Origin: Camelus dromedarius
Lineage: Eukaryota
Direction of reading: 5' to 3'
NCBI RefSeq assembly: GCF_036321535.1
Contig: NC_087437.1
Coordinates: 107,448,001-107,512,000 of the forward strand
DNA: 64,000 nucleotides
In this document: piece by piece, positions 1 to 12,799 of the stretch
Numbering within the stretch: position 1 is the first letter of the stretch
Layout: every line of letters begins with the position of its first letter
Program-made: the position numbers and the translations under genes
The notes under the pieces: model-generated
What the model saw: only the letters and a program-made list of their open reading frames with translations
What the model was told of the DNA's origin: nothing
Databases searched by the model: none

Positions 1-1784
1 ATAGTAAAATTTTCAGCATAATCCATGAATAAGTGGTGTCAATGTTAAACTGTAAACCTGGAAAGTATTATTAGAATTTGGATAGCATTTCCTGCATTGC
101 TGACATAATAAGCATATTTGTGTGTGAAAGTTCAGAACTGATCAGATCCACCAAAGATAAAGGCATATTTAGTTTCTCCTCATGCATCAAGAAAAAGCAG
201 ATATGGCTTCCCAATGAATCCAAACTATTTATTGTTGGTTATCACTGGATTCAGGCTGTAACAATGAGAAACACTGACTCCAGGATTCTAAGTTCCCAAA
301 AAGGCTTTGTAAAGAGGCTGCTTCTTTAGTTTATTGTTACTTCAGGCCCCTGGACCTTACTGTAAACCTCTTGTGGCACCAGGCATCCTAGATAGAGCTG
401 TGGGTTCCAGACAGGGCATGCAACCATCATCACTGGCCTAAGTGCTTCTTACATGGAGAGGAACAAATGGAGTTTTGTTTCGGTTTTTAATTCCATAAAA
501 TAAGATATGTTCAGTTCACACTTACCCTTCACTGTCCTTCATTTGATTAAAAACATAATGTTATTTTAAATAGGAAACATACTAGGTTTCCTTGGTTGGA
601 AGAATTTTTCCATCTTCTGCTTTTTCCAGGTTTGAGAACATTTGGATCTGCATGAGATCAAAGAAAGCAATCTTTTAATATAATTTAAGCTTCAAGGGGC
701 TATTTCATGGTGATTCAAACTGTGTGAAGTTCAAACTGATACATTAAATTTTAATTCCATAGTTACATTACATAAGGATATCTAAACATTGTTTTCACTG
801 AATGTATTTGGCCTATTCTTTCTTATGTAATAGCTAATGCTTTCATTATAAAATCACAAGGCCGTAAATGATAATGCCATTAAACATCTAGTGATTAAAC
901 ATGACTAACAGTTGTAATAATTTTGAGTATTTGGAAGACAATCAGGAGAAAAATGAAGCCACATGCCCAAAATAAATATATCCATTTGTCACTGTGAATA
1001 CCATGGGTTTTTACTAAATTTATTAGTTCTAAAAGAAAAAGGCAAATCTCCAGTTCTTTTATTGAACCTGAGCTATATTTAATTCAATTATTAGTTAATG
1101 CCCAGGTCCCTAGGTATAACTATCTACAGGGTATGAAGCAATTTGGAGAAATATCAGGATTTATGGAAAGTGTCCATGTTCCATGAAATGTAGCCCCCTA
1201 GAATAACTCTGGGAGGTCACGTACGTAATTCCCTTCACATATGGTGCATTTTTTCTGTGTTGAATTTTTAGTGCACAGATACAAATGGAGTTAGCTTGCA
1301 TTAACATTGCTCCTTAAATATTATTACTCAACATTACCCTATGGTAAAAACTAAATCTCCATTTTACTGAGCATTTGGGCATTATTCTGTGGAAAGCAGC
1401 TGTGGCTAATTCAGTCATAACTAAGAGTAACTTCCACCTGTCAAATGTATTTGGCTCCATCTATTCCTCCATAATTAGAACATTCTATTGGTTGATTTTT
1501 TTTTAACTATTTAAAGCAAGCCATAATCCTTCCTTTATAAAACCTAGATTCTTAAAATTACAGTTGCAAAGAGTTATTGTTATAATAATTTTGTATATAC
1601 CAGATTCTTTTTCAAGAAAAATAATTACTATTTTATAGAGATACGAATATGTGAATATATGTGTGTGCAGACATGTATGTTTATATTTTTAAATTAGCAC
1701 ATAAGTGAATTACTTAAAAATTACTAAAATCCATCTGTTACCATTATTATGACATATTCAAAAGCAAAAAAAAAAAATTTGAGC

Positions 1785-3680
1785 ATAGGCAGAACAAAAA
1801 AGAAAGAAATCTAGATCAGAAAGGAAGAATTAAAATGCAGATGACATGATCATATACGTAGAAAACCCTAATGACACACACTCTCACACAAAACCTGTTA
1901 TAACTAATAAATTAGTTCAGTAAATTACAGAATTCAAAATTAACTTAAAAAACAGTTGCATTTCTATATAGTAACAACCAATAATCCAAAATAAAAATTA
2001 TGAAAAAATTTCCTTTTTCATAGCATCAAAAAGTGTAAAATGCTTTGGGATAAACTTAACCAAAGAGGTAAAAGACTTGTACACTGAAAACTACAAAACG
2101 CTGATGAAAGAAATTTAAGAAGACACAAGTAAATGAAAAGACGTCATGTGTTTATAAATCAGAAGACTTAGTATTTTTTAAATGTCTATTGTACCCCAAG
2201 CTATCTACAGATTCAGTGCTATGCTTATCAGAATCCTTATGGCATTTTTTACAGAAATGAGGAAAAAAAATAATTTGTATGGAACCACAAAAGACCCAGA
2301 ATATTCAAAATTATCTTGAGAAATAAGAATAAAGCCAAAGATGTCACATTTTGAGCGCTCAAAATGGATTAAAGTCTTAAATATAAGACCTGAAATTGTA
2401 AACCTGATGGAAGAAAATATAGAAGAACAGCCTCTTACAATGGTCTTACAATGATTTCTTAGATATAAAACCAAAATCTTAGGCCACAAAAACAAAAATA
2501 GACACAGGGAACTACATCAAACTGAAAAAACTTTCGTACAGCAAAGAAAACAGTTGACCTAATGCAAAAGCAGACTTTGGAGTGAAAATGGGAAAAAAAA
2601 TTGCAAACTATTTATCTGATAAGGAATCACTATTTAAAATATATAAGGAACCCCTACAATTCAACAGCAAAAAGACCAAATGACCTGATTAAAAACGAGC
2701 AAAGAATTTACAGAGACATTTATTCAGAGAAGACATACAAATGGTCAACAGGTTCATGAAAAGGAATTCAGTGCCTTTAATAATCAGGGAAATGAAAGTT
2801 GAAACTACCATAACACATTGTCGTACCTGTTAGGATGGCTATGATCAAAAAATTCCAAAAGATAACAAGTTTTGTAAAGAATGTAGAGAAATTGAAACCC
2901 TTGTACAGTGCTGATAGGAATGTAAAATGGTGCAACAGCTTATGGAAAATAGTATGAAATTTCCTCAAAAAAATAAAAATAGATCTACCATTTGGTCTAG
3001 TAAGTCTACTTATGGGTATATATCCAAAAGAATTGATATCAGTATCTCAAAGAGGTAGCTTTATTCCCACAGCCATTGCGAATGATTTAAATAGCCAAGA
3101 TATAAAAACAACACAAATATCTATTGACAGATAAATGGATAAAGAAAATGTAGGATATATATACAATGGAATATTATTCAGCCTTAAAAAGGAAGGAGAT
3201 CCTACCATTTGTGACAACCTGCATGAACCTGGAGGATATTATGCTAATCACAGAAAGACAAATATTACATACACTTATATGAGGTATTTAAAAGTTAAAC
3301 TCTTAGGAGCAGAGAATATAATAGTGGTTTCTGTGGCTTAGGGGTGGAGACATGGGGAGTGGTACAATGACTATAAAGTTTCAGTTCTGCTAGATGAGTT
3401 CTAGAGACCTGGTGTACAATATAATGCCTAATAAAGTATTATGAACTTCATCATTTGTTAACAGTAAATTTCATATTCTGCCCTCCCATGTGTCCTTAAG
3501 TGTTCTTACCAAAAACAAAGTTGCGGGGGACAAAAAGAAACTTTGGGAGGTGTTGGCTATGTCTATTGCCTTGATTGTGGTGATGACATCAGGAGTATTT
3601 CCATATGTCAAAATTCATCAAATTGTGCATATTAAATATGTGGAGTTCTTTTTATGTCAATTATACTTCAATTAAGCTTC
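1785..3680 (+). mobile_element. Old LINE-1 (L1MA/L1MB-type), 5'-truncated: ORF2 RT region to 3' UTR, degenerate, with an internal deletion
   Basis: GCAGATGACATGATCATATACGTAGAAAACCCT near 1838 encodes ADDMIIYVENP, the L1 RT 'FADDM' motif. Typical ORF2 3' sequence follows (ACTGAAAACTACAAAACGCTGATGAAAGAAAT; AAATGGATAAAGAAAATG) and an L1M 3' end (TGTCAATTATACTTCAAT) near 3655-3672. Many stops and frameshifts. Confidence 0.93.
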
Positions 3681-5616
3681 TGTAAATACCTTAGCTAAAT
3701 ACTCTTATATTATAAAGAATTACTATTGTCATTGTTTGAGGTGGCTATCTTATCCTGCTTAAGAAGTTCTTATCTTTGTTTTCCTGTATTTATTTGCCAT
3801 CTGATAGTCCATTTTAACTCCAACAGTTTGACTAGAGATAGGAATCTAGTTTGGTACCTGATGAGTTAATGTTCTGGAATTTTTATGAGGGAGACTTCTG
3901 ATCCAAGAAATGAAACACACACACACACTTTATACAGTTTTTTATTTACAGTTTGATGAAGCACTGCCTCTACTGGATGATACAAAATGAGAGAGAAATG
4001 AAAATTGCACAATTCTGGGGCCAGACAAGTGGCTTTTGTCAAGTTAGGTACCCTTAGGATTCAGGAAGTTTATGCAAATAAGCTCATTTCCCATGAGGCA
4101 TTGCCTCTTACATGTTTATGTCACTGATTCCAGGCTGTATTATTAAAAAGCTCTCTCCTTTTACATCTAAGAACTTAATTTCCCTTTGTCTCTAGAACAA
4201 GAGATAGAGATAGTAGATATGAAAATATGAATAGACACGTATAAAACCCTTTATCTTTCTCACCCATACCCATCTCAGGCAGGGCTCATCCTTTGATGAG
4301 GCTGCCCAGCCAGCCCTCTCAGAACCCTGTACATTTTCCTGCTCCTGAGATCTTTGGTACAAGTGGGAAAGAAATGAGAACATGGAGAAATAACATGGGA
4401 CCCTCGAAGCATGGTTGGAGTAGGTGAAGGGTTGTATTTGGAGGTGTCACTGTGAAGGTGAACAAGCTTCAGTTCTTTTTACCTGACCAAGGGAGCTCAG
4501 CAGGATCCAGCCACTACCTCTACCACCGTTGCTGCCTTGGGACATCCCCACACTACAATTTGTCACGTGATAACATATGGTCAATTTCTCCAACTAGATG
4601 TTATTCAAAGGTGAGGCCACCAAAAACTGAGCACCTTTTGCATTGTGGTGTGGTTCAATCTCTTAAACCCTTCACCAGGTGGTCATTAGCCCTATAGACT
4701 ATCACAGACACTCTGTAGATACTTAATGAATATATGTAGAATGAGTAATTCCCTCATACTAATTATCTGACAATCTTTCTCAAAGATCTAGAGTTTATGT
4801 AGAATTATTGCAAGCCCTGTAGAGAACATAAATGAAATAGCACAAGCAAGCCTTGACTACTCCCACAGAATTTGACCCACAAATATTGTGGCCTAATATT
4901 GTTCTTTCAATTCTCAGTGGGGTAAAAATAATCCCATGGCAATCCTGCTTCTACTTTCTTTCTGAAGACTAACAAATGATCAGGAAGAAATAGAAGAAAA
5001 CAACTTTAAAAAGCATAACAGTAAACCATTTCTTAATAAGTATGTGAATAATTGATTATTTTTAGAAGAAAAGAGAAATTTAAGCAGCTTAGTTTTAATT
5101 TTAAAATAATGCTTTTTAAACTTTTCACCCATACCTTTATAATAAACTGCAAGTTGTCTAAATAATTGACATTCATAGATAACTCATTGCTGACAAAGTG
5201 GCATCATATGAACATTATCCAATCTTTCTTACAATATATTCCTTCTAGCCATCTCTTTAAAAATCATAATGATAAAACCATAAAAGAACTAGAAGAAGAG
5301 AAAGGAAAGGACATTCAGACTCTCTTTTAGTAGCTGGTCATTGAGATGTGAAGGAAGGGTGCCTCCCTGGGTGGATCCTGGTTAATTACCAGCTCACAGT
5401 GGGGCATGCAGCCATCAGGGATTGGCTGAGGGACTCACCACTTTTGGAAAGCATATGTCACAATCTGGAAAGGAAACAAAGATCCCTACTTACAAGGAAA
5501 CAAAGAGAGATGAGTGATCTGAGGCCTGAAGTTCAAAAGAATATCTTTGGGCTCTTCTCTGAGGAAAATTAGGCAATCTCTGAATAAAACAACTCATTTA
5601 TTTCTTTCTCCTGTAT

Positions 5617-5768
5617 TAGTGATCTTCAAGCTTCAATGTGTTTAAATGGCATTTGAAGTAGTGTATTAAAATGTAGATGCTGGTATTTCATTAATTCACA
5701 CAGAGCTCTCATATTTGGATCCTAACTGACTCTACTCTGAGGATGAACCACATTTGAGAAGCATTACT
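5617..5768. mobile_element. MER5-like hAT-Charlie DNA transposon remnant
   Basis: Ends resemble MER5 terminal repeats (TAGTGATCTTCAAGCTT ... ACCACATTTGAGAAGCATTA); interior very decayed. Confidence 0.45.
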
Positions 5769-5789
5769 ATCTCTCTTCCTTCCCTCGTT

Positions 5790-7555
5790 TTAAGGATATC
5801 ACCTCCTTCACATCCCATAGGGAAGACTGAAGCCATCACAGTTAATTGCCTGAACATCTCACTCTATAAAAATATTTGCGTCTGCAGACATCCAGTCTTC
5901 CTGATTTTTGGTCTTAATAGGGTCATCATACCCTTAAGCTATCTAAGGCTGATCTCTCCTTTCTCCCAGCCCCTCTAGTTTTCATTGGGTCATTATGACA
6001 TGTCTTTATGTCTGCTCCTTTTCTGTCTAGCATCTGCTAGTTTTCCAGTCTCTAAGCATCCAACACCATCCATCTTAACATTTCATCTTTTGCTTCTCCT
6101 TCTAGCCTTTTATCAATGAAAAAAATTAATTAGTCGATCTAAGGAAGAAATTGAAAATTCTTTTTGAGCCAAATTTAGGATTATAACGCAGGAACAGCTT
6201 CTCAGAAAGCTCTGAGCACTGTTAGAACTCCCCTTAGAACTCAAAGCACAGTTATAAGTTTGTGAGACAGAAGACTGTATATTAAATGATATATTATCAA
6301 CAGTTTATACAGTCTAGGAAGTAGTGGGGTCATGGGTCATGGATCATTGTGGTCCCTGACGAGATCAAGAAGGAATGTTATCTTTAAGGAGTTGTCTCGC
6401 TGGTGCTGGGAGAAAGTTGGTCTTTATGGCTGAGCAGGTATTCCTGCTGATGGGGAGGGAGGTTTGGTGGATGCATCATATGAATACACCACGCATAGTA
6501 GAGACGAGAGAGGAGGCCAAAGAGTAGATAATTTTTTTTTCATGTTGAAATCTTTTTTCTCTTACCATAAATATAAATTTTATTTCACACTTTGACTACC
6601 TTTCCCCCACTTTTCTTTTTATACGCCCCTTTTAAAAACATTTGTCTATGCTTATTGCATCTCTGTCTTTGTTACCCTCCATTTCTCATCCCTCTCTAAC
6701 TGGTTTATGCTAACATCTCCTCAGAAACTCCTCTCACTAATAGGATCTGTTAGTTCCATGTCAACACTCCTTTGGAAACTTTTTGAGTGCAGCTTATTGG
6801 ATCTTTTATTCACTGCTCCCTTTTTCTTGAAACAGTTACCTTCTTTGGAATTTTTTAAAATTGGTTTTGCTCCTGTCTCTTTTAGAGGAAGAGTCTTTCA
6901 TTCTTTCTGAGTCTTTCAGGCCATCTTGCCTTCCTGTCATACAATTACTCAATGTTGGATATCTTAAGCATTTTTCTTTTCTTATTTTAAACCTAATTCC
7001 TTGTGGTCTCATCCTCTTGCATTAATATATATGATTATCATGTATATGCTGGCAAGTCCCAAATGACATCTCTCAGCCTAACTTCTTTTTTTAGTCCCAG
7101 GCATATTTTCTTAGCTCCATCCCTATACAAATATCACACAGATGCTCCAAACTTTATATGCACAAACCTAGACCTATGATCTCTAACTTGCTTCATAACC
7201 CTTGGTATTTTATATTTTGTTTATGATTTATGACCAGCAGGTACCTGTTGTTCAAGTCAGAATTCTAGGGGTCATTCTTTACTTCTCCATTCATATCATG
7301 CTCCATAAGCAATTAGCAAATACCGTTAACCTACAATGTAACTATCTTTGTAATTAACCCATTTGTCTCTATCCTCACTCACCCCATCCTCAATCTAGGC
7401 CAATTTCATTCATTTCCAGGACTATTGCAATAATGTTTTCATAATGGGTTACCTTGTATCAAGTCTTGTCACCTTTCAACTTATTCTCTATACTTTTGGC
7501 CAATGAACTTGTAAGCATGAAATTTGACTGTATCACTCTCTTGCTTTAAAAAGAA
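5790..7555 (+). mobile_element. Degenerate L2 LINE, interrupted by a solo LTR at 6111-6589
   Basis: Pyrimidine-rich L2-like blocks, e.g. ATCATGTATATGCTGGCAAGTCCCAAAT, CTCCAAACTTTATATGCACAAAC, CCAGGACTATTGCAATAA, TATCACTCTCTTGCTTTAAAA. Confidence 0.6.
6111..6589 (-). mobile_element. Solo LTR, probably ERV1 class, 479 bp
   Basis: Minus strand begins TGTGAAATAAAAT; the other end is TATCAATG on + (TG decayed to TA). Flanked by the 4-bp direct repeat CTTT at 6107-6110 and 6590-6593. Composition shifts abruptly from the surrounding L2. Confidence 0.75.
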
Positions 7556-8269
7556 GTCATGAACACAAGTGTGGCAAAACCCAGACTGACCCAGGAATCT
7601 TCTGAGAACTAGAGAGCAAGTGATATCCTCTCAAAGGGGACCATCACTGTCAGCTTTGGCTGATTTTTCCACAAAAGGATACAGGGTCAGTGTTTCTTGA
7701 CCATCCCTCTTTTTTTTTTTTTTTTTTTCAGGAAAGCTGAACTTATTTGTCTTTTTCTAAGAATAACACACATGCAATCATTTGTTTAGTACCTGCATTC
7801 CCCCAATGGACTTTAAGCATCATGAAGACTGGGGACTTAGCTTTCTTATTTCAAAGCAAGTGCTCAGAAAATGTATTTTTGAATAAATGCATCCATGATT
7901 CAAAACAAGAGAAGAACAGAGGAGAAAGTGAATCAGTCTTCCTACAAAGGGCTAGGGAAGAGAGGAAGGGAGCAAGGGAGAGGGATAAGAATATTAAACA
8001 GAACTTCATATTGGAGAATGAATAGAATTATCTGAGTTGGCAAGTGTATTTCAGGCTAAAAAAATAGCACGTGCAGATATTTAGTTGTGTGAAATCACGG
8101 GACTCATTAAAAAAACTGTCACTTGGCATTGCTATGGTGTGGTCCACAGGGATAGCTGTAGATTATGAAACTCCAGAATGCTAGAGTGAAAAATTAGCTC
8201 ATGGTGTATGCTATGCCCCAGCATTTGTACTTTACTTGACAAGAGTTAGAGAGCCAACGGTTGGTTCCT

Positions 8270-8440
8270 GGGGTTGGGTAGAGCTCAGTGATAGAGAGCA
8301 TGCTTAGTACACAAGAGGTCCTGGTCTGATCCCCAGTACCACCATTAAAAAACAAATAAATAAGCCCCATAAATACATACATACATACATACATACATAC
8401 ATACATACATACATACATACATAAATAAAAATAAATAAAA
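8270..8440 (+). mobile_element. tRNA-derived SINE resembling camelid Vic-1 (tRNA-Ala-related)
   Basis: GGGGTTGGGTAGAGCTCAGTGATAGAGAGCATGCTTAGTACACAAGAGGTCCTGGTCTGATCCCCAGTACCACCA has decayed Pol III A and B boxes and is followed by an A-rich tail. Confidence 0.88.
8373..8420 (+). repeat. (ATAC)12 tetranucleotide microsatellite in the SINE tail
   Basis: Twelve perfect ATAC units counted directly. Confidence 0.97.
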
Positions 8441-8813
8441 ACTGCCACTTAAAAAATAACAATGCTAGCAACACTATGAGGAATAAATTTTAGGAGAAAG
8501 AAGATGGAAGAAGGAATTCAAGTTAAATAATTGTTAACAATAACTCAGGTAAAAGATGATTAAGGTATAAATTGAAGAAACAGCACAGAGTAGGTGGAAC
8601 TGGATTTAAAAGACCATTAGGAGTAGAATCAACAGTTTTACATTTTACCCTCTTAGCACAACAGCCATACTGGCTATTTGTTCTTCCTCAGTAAATACTG
8701 CATTTTATTGCCTTTGTGTATTTTCTCAAACTACTTTCTATGCCTGGGCTGTATTTATCTTCACTTATTACCCAGGGAAGGTAATAAATAAAATTTTATG
8801 TACCCTTCAAAGT

Positions 8814-8973
8814 CTTTGCTCCTCAAAGCGTGGTCTCAGAACCAGCAGCAATGGCTTCACCTGGGAGCTTGTTAGAAAGGCAGAATCTTAGGTCCCATTT
8901 GGACCTAGGGTACTAGAATCTCTGTATTAACAAAGTCTCAGGTCATAAGCACACTAGAGTTTGACAAGTGCTA
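8814..8973. mobile_element. MER5A-type DNA transposon
   Basis: CTCAAAGCGTGGTCTCAGAACCAGCAGC...CACCTGGGAGCTTGTTAGAAAGGCAGAATCT...AGTTTGACAAGTGCT matches the MER5A layout. Confidence 0.85.
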
Positions 8974-11358
8974 TTTAAATCCCAGCTCAAACCTCACCTC
9001 ATCCAAGAAACCTTTCTGGACGTTTCCAGCCTCTGCAGTCCAGCAAAATAAATACAGTTTACTTCTATTATGTTTATAAGTTTCGATGTATCAGTTTACT
9101 TGTATCATAGCTATTTATACACATGTATTTTACTCCTCCCTAAATTGTCAGGGACAGATTCCCAGCAACTTAGAATAGCCCTGCCCACAGATCCTGGGTG
9201 GGACTTGGCTCACTATAGGTTTTTCCCAAGAGACAGTGAAAACAACTTCTTTGGCTTCCATTGGCAACCGTGTCTTCCGTTGTATCTCCATGTCTTACGA
9301 TGAGCCATCTTGTTGAATTCAGAACTCTCCTTGTCCATCTCACAGTGACTGCTCGGCTCCAGTAAAGCATTATTCATAATTAGTTAGCTTTAAATTCTTC
9401 TATTTATGTTTGGTAGTGTTAAAGATACAACATCTATTCATTTAAAAATCAAGGAATCCAGATGACCTGATGATGGACTTCTTTATCACTAGCCTTCTTA
9501 ATGTCACATTTTGCTGAAATTTTGTTAGTATCAACCTGAAAGTGATCTCCTTCAGAGCTCATCACTAAAAATGATGAATAGATTTTTCCCTCATAGCATC
9601 ACTGAATTTCCTGTGATCTATGTGATGATCTAGCCTTTATGTATTTGTAAAACAAAGCCCTTCTTAATTTTTGCCTTTTTGTTTGATGTTTAGAATTTTA
9701 GGGAAAAAAAATCTAGATGAGACTATTTGCATATAACCCTATAAAATTTTTCCTTTTTTGGATGGTGAATTGAGTTAAGGTTCTTTAAAAAATAGGTCAC
9801 TCAAAACATCATTCTCCCTTAAGCATGAGAGTGCACTTGAATGGTTTGGACTGTTTTAGATAAAGGAAACACTCTTTCAAAAATAACATGCAGTTAACAG
9901 CTGGAAAGGGGGTAGTGAAGCGTTAAACTGTCCATTATGCTTAAAGGAGAACTTGGCTAAAATCCTTCCTTGCCATTAAAAGCACTGAGTGTACTTTTGG
10001 ACTTTATGAACTGTACTTAGAGTGTCTGTTAAAGCCATTTATCAATATTTTTTATTTACAATTTAGACTCAATAATTAATTCATATTAAATTGGGACTCC
10101 CCCCTCTTTGTTTATAATAATACAGGTTATTTTCAGTTTCCATGAAAAGTGCTATAAATGATATTCCAGAAATGAAAAATAATGAGACTCTCTAGAAGGA
10201 AACAGTAGGTATCTTGCAGGTTCAGTGGGGAGTGATTTAAGTTTAAAATGATTTCACTGGCTTTGTTGTGAGGTTTCTAAAACAAATTTCTGAAAGAACT
10301 TTAGGTGACATTTAAAGTTGAAGAAGGAGTTGGGGAGCGAAAAGGAGGTGACATAGCATGTTTGAGCATCTGGTGCTCTGTAAGGTATTCTTTTGCCATT
10401 CTCTCTGATCATCTGAAGGCTCAAAAGCAAAGGCCCAACATATGACCTTTGTTGAGGAGCATAGATATTTTGCAAGACTGAAAAAATAAAAGTAAATTTG
10501 GAACCTCAATAGATTCCTAGAGTATAATAGTACTAGAAGACATATGCTAGGATGATTTAACCTTCCTATGTCCCTCTTTCAAAGGCATTGTTGTTTATCA
10601 AAAATTTTTATCTTGAATTATGACTACTAAATCTTAAAAATCCAACAACACATAGAATTTGGTACTCACCTTAGAGTTTTATCATAGTATATGCTTGAAG
10701 AAAAATATTATTCATGACACATAATTTTCTTTCTGAAAATTTTGATGTTATTTTAAATAATGAAATGTAGTGTATCATAAAATGAACTAAAATAACATAA
10801 ACAAGTACTCAAGTGCATGCAATTTAAAATAATTAAAATCTTTACAGTGTATGAAGTGCTCAGTATTTCATTTGGAAAGTTTCAAGTCAAGTTTAATAGT
10901 TCTACATGGGGAATAAAGTGCTCTGGCCTTATTTATTTTAATGACTTCTGAAATGGACTTTGAAAAACACACTGAAAATCATTTGAAAAGGAGCATATAG
11001 TAGTTTTATGACACTACTGCATGGCTTTTGAAATTATATAGCAATTTTCCATTTTAAACAGTTTTAAAGAATAAATTTGTTAAGTTCCAAAAAGGTGGAA
11101 TCACATGAAACAAAAAAGGAGATATATATATGTATATATTTATGGATAATTAAATTAATGTAAAAAGGAAATTATTGGCTTCACCTTTGTAAAGTAAATC
11201 AGGTAAATCCTCGACTTGAATTATAATTTGCTTTTGACACACAGTATCCATTTCAGTTGTAGTAAGTCATTATTTGATCTCTTTTCATTCATTCTCATTA
11301 ATCACTTTGACACAAAGTACATGGAATAAAGTATTGAAATACTTTTTTTTCCTTTTAG

Positions 11359-11409
11359 ACTCTTCAAATTATCTGTTTTGAGATATTTAGATTGTGATAC
11401 ATTTTCCTG
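11359..11409 (+). other. Candidate 51-nt internal exon (unverified)
   Basis: TTTTTTTTCCTTTTAG acceptor and CTG|GTATGT donor; one open frame (LFKLSVLRYLDCDTFS). Confidence 0.3.
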
Positions 11410-12034
11410 GTATGTGGCTTAACTTTTGCTGTTTTAATTTTCATACATTAAATGAAGCAACTTGCTTTTCTAAGTTTGGCTTTGGGTTTATGAGGCTCAT
11501 AACTATGATGTAAGTAGTTCAACAATTTCCCCCTTTCACATTCTTTTCACTGAAATGCCTTTCTTTAAGTCTCCAACCAGAGGAAAAGTTAGGTAATTAC
11601 AGGATTTTTTTCTTTTGGTTATATTAGAGAAATGTGTGAGCAAAATAAATACCGCTTTTTGTCACGTATCTTTTCCTTTGTATTTCTAATTCCAAATGTT
11701 CTGTGTCAAATCTTATTTTAGTACTTGTTTCAGTGAAAAATCATTAAATCTTGCGTAATGATAATCCTTTGTTTTCCAATCACTCCCTGCTTCTGGGGAA
11801 AATTCTAATTCCTGTGGAATTTTATTTATGATATTGATTTAATGCTAGAATACATATCTTCTCAAGGTTCCTTCTGCCTTAATAATAAAATATTTGAGTG
11901 TGAAGGAAGCTAAGAGATCATTTATTTCCAGTACTTAGGTTGAAACTAAGAGATGTAAAGCTAACGTAACTTGATCAAATTTACACATCTAATGAGCGGT
12001 ACGAATTGAAAAAGGAGGAAAGACATGCAAAATG

Positions 12035-12170
12035 GAGTGCCTTCCAAGTGCTGCGTCCCATGCCAGTGCCTTAGAAGACTGACCTCTTTGTAATCTCCTA
12101 ATATTCCTTTAGGATAGATTCTTCCCATTTTATAGGTGAAGAAGCTAGATCTTGGCTAGAGTAAGATGAC
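12035..12170 (-). mobile_element. MIR SINE fragment
   Basis: Antisense core TTCCCATTTTATAGGTGAAGAAGCT. Confidence 0.6.
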
Positions 12171-12799
12171 TATAAAAAATATGTATTGTTTTACCCATGT
12201 GAAATATGTAAAGAGATTTAAAAGCCTGTGGGAAGATTGGCAATAAACTTTAGTGTAAATAACTAATCGCCTGCCGCACCTATTAGATGTTACTGAATCT
12301 CTTCATGGTCAGAGAATCATCGTCACTGTGTTCTATTTGCAAAGAGAGCCTTCTAGATTAATGTGTAAGCAGAGTTTTATCCAGTCATAAGGTTCCATAT
12401 TTCTTAAATCTCCAAAGACCAATAATTCAACCTCATTTTCTACTTTGCTGCAAAAAGTCCAGTCTTTCACTAGGTCCTCCTCCCCATGTGTGTCTCTGGA
12501 AATCCCAGAGAGGGCTTCCAAGGCAGATGCCACAAGTCCCTCTGTCTTCTTGGTCAGCTCCTTCACTCTGGCTACTCTTCTTCTCTGTTCAAGTTCATTA
12601 CTTTTGGTCTCGAGACCAACATTCTTAGGGTATTACAGCTCCTTCCACTGTACCATTCTATCCAAATTGTACACACAATGCTTAAATTTTTCACAGTTAA
12701 AGCAAAGATAAAGCCATAACATTCATAATACTTTATTACAACAGTGAGAATTTTACAGTGGTTGCTGAGCATACCCTAACACTCCCTCCTGCAACTAGA

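Larger units (their letters stand above)
7900..8640 (-). mobile_element. Degenerate L2 fragment hosting the SINE
   Basis: Purine-rich antisense L2-like blocks (TTTGTACTTTACTTGACAAGAGTTAGAGAGCCA; CAGGTAAAAGATGAT; TTAGGAGTAGAATCAACAG). Confidence 0.5.

Noticed and set aside
8270..8345. Possible tRNA gene
   Set aside because: The A and B boxes are mutated, the acceptor and T stems pair poorly, and an A-rich tail follows. It is a SINE.
10254..10477. Minus-strand acceptor followed by open frames (similar cases near 14479 on minus, and 13890 and 14859 on plus)
   Set aside because: Acceptor-like sites without a convincing donor, compatible frame or recognisable peptide are common in AT-rich introns.
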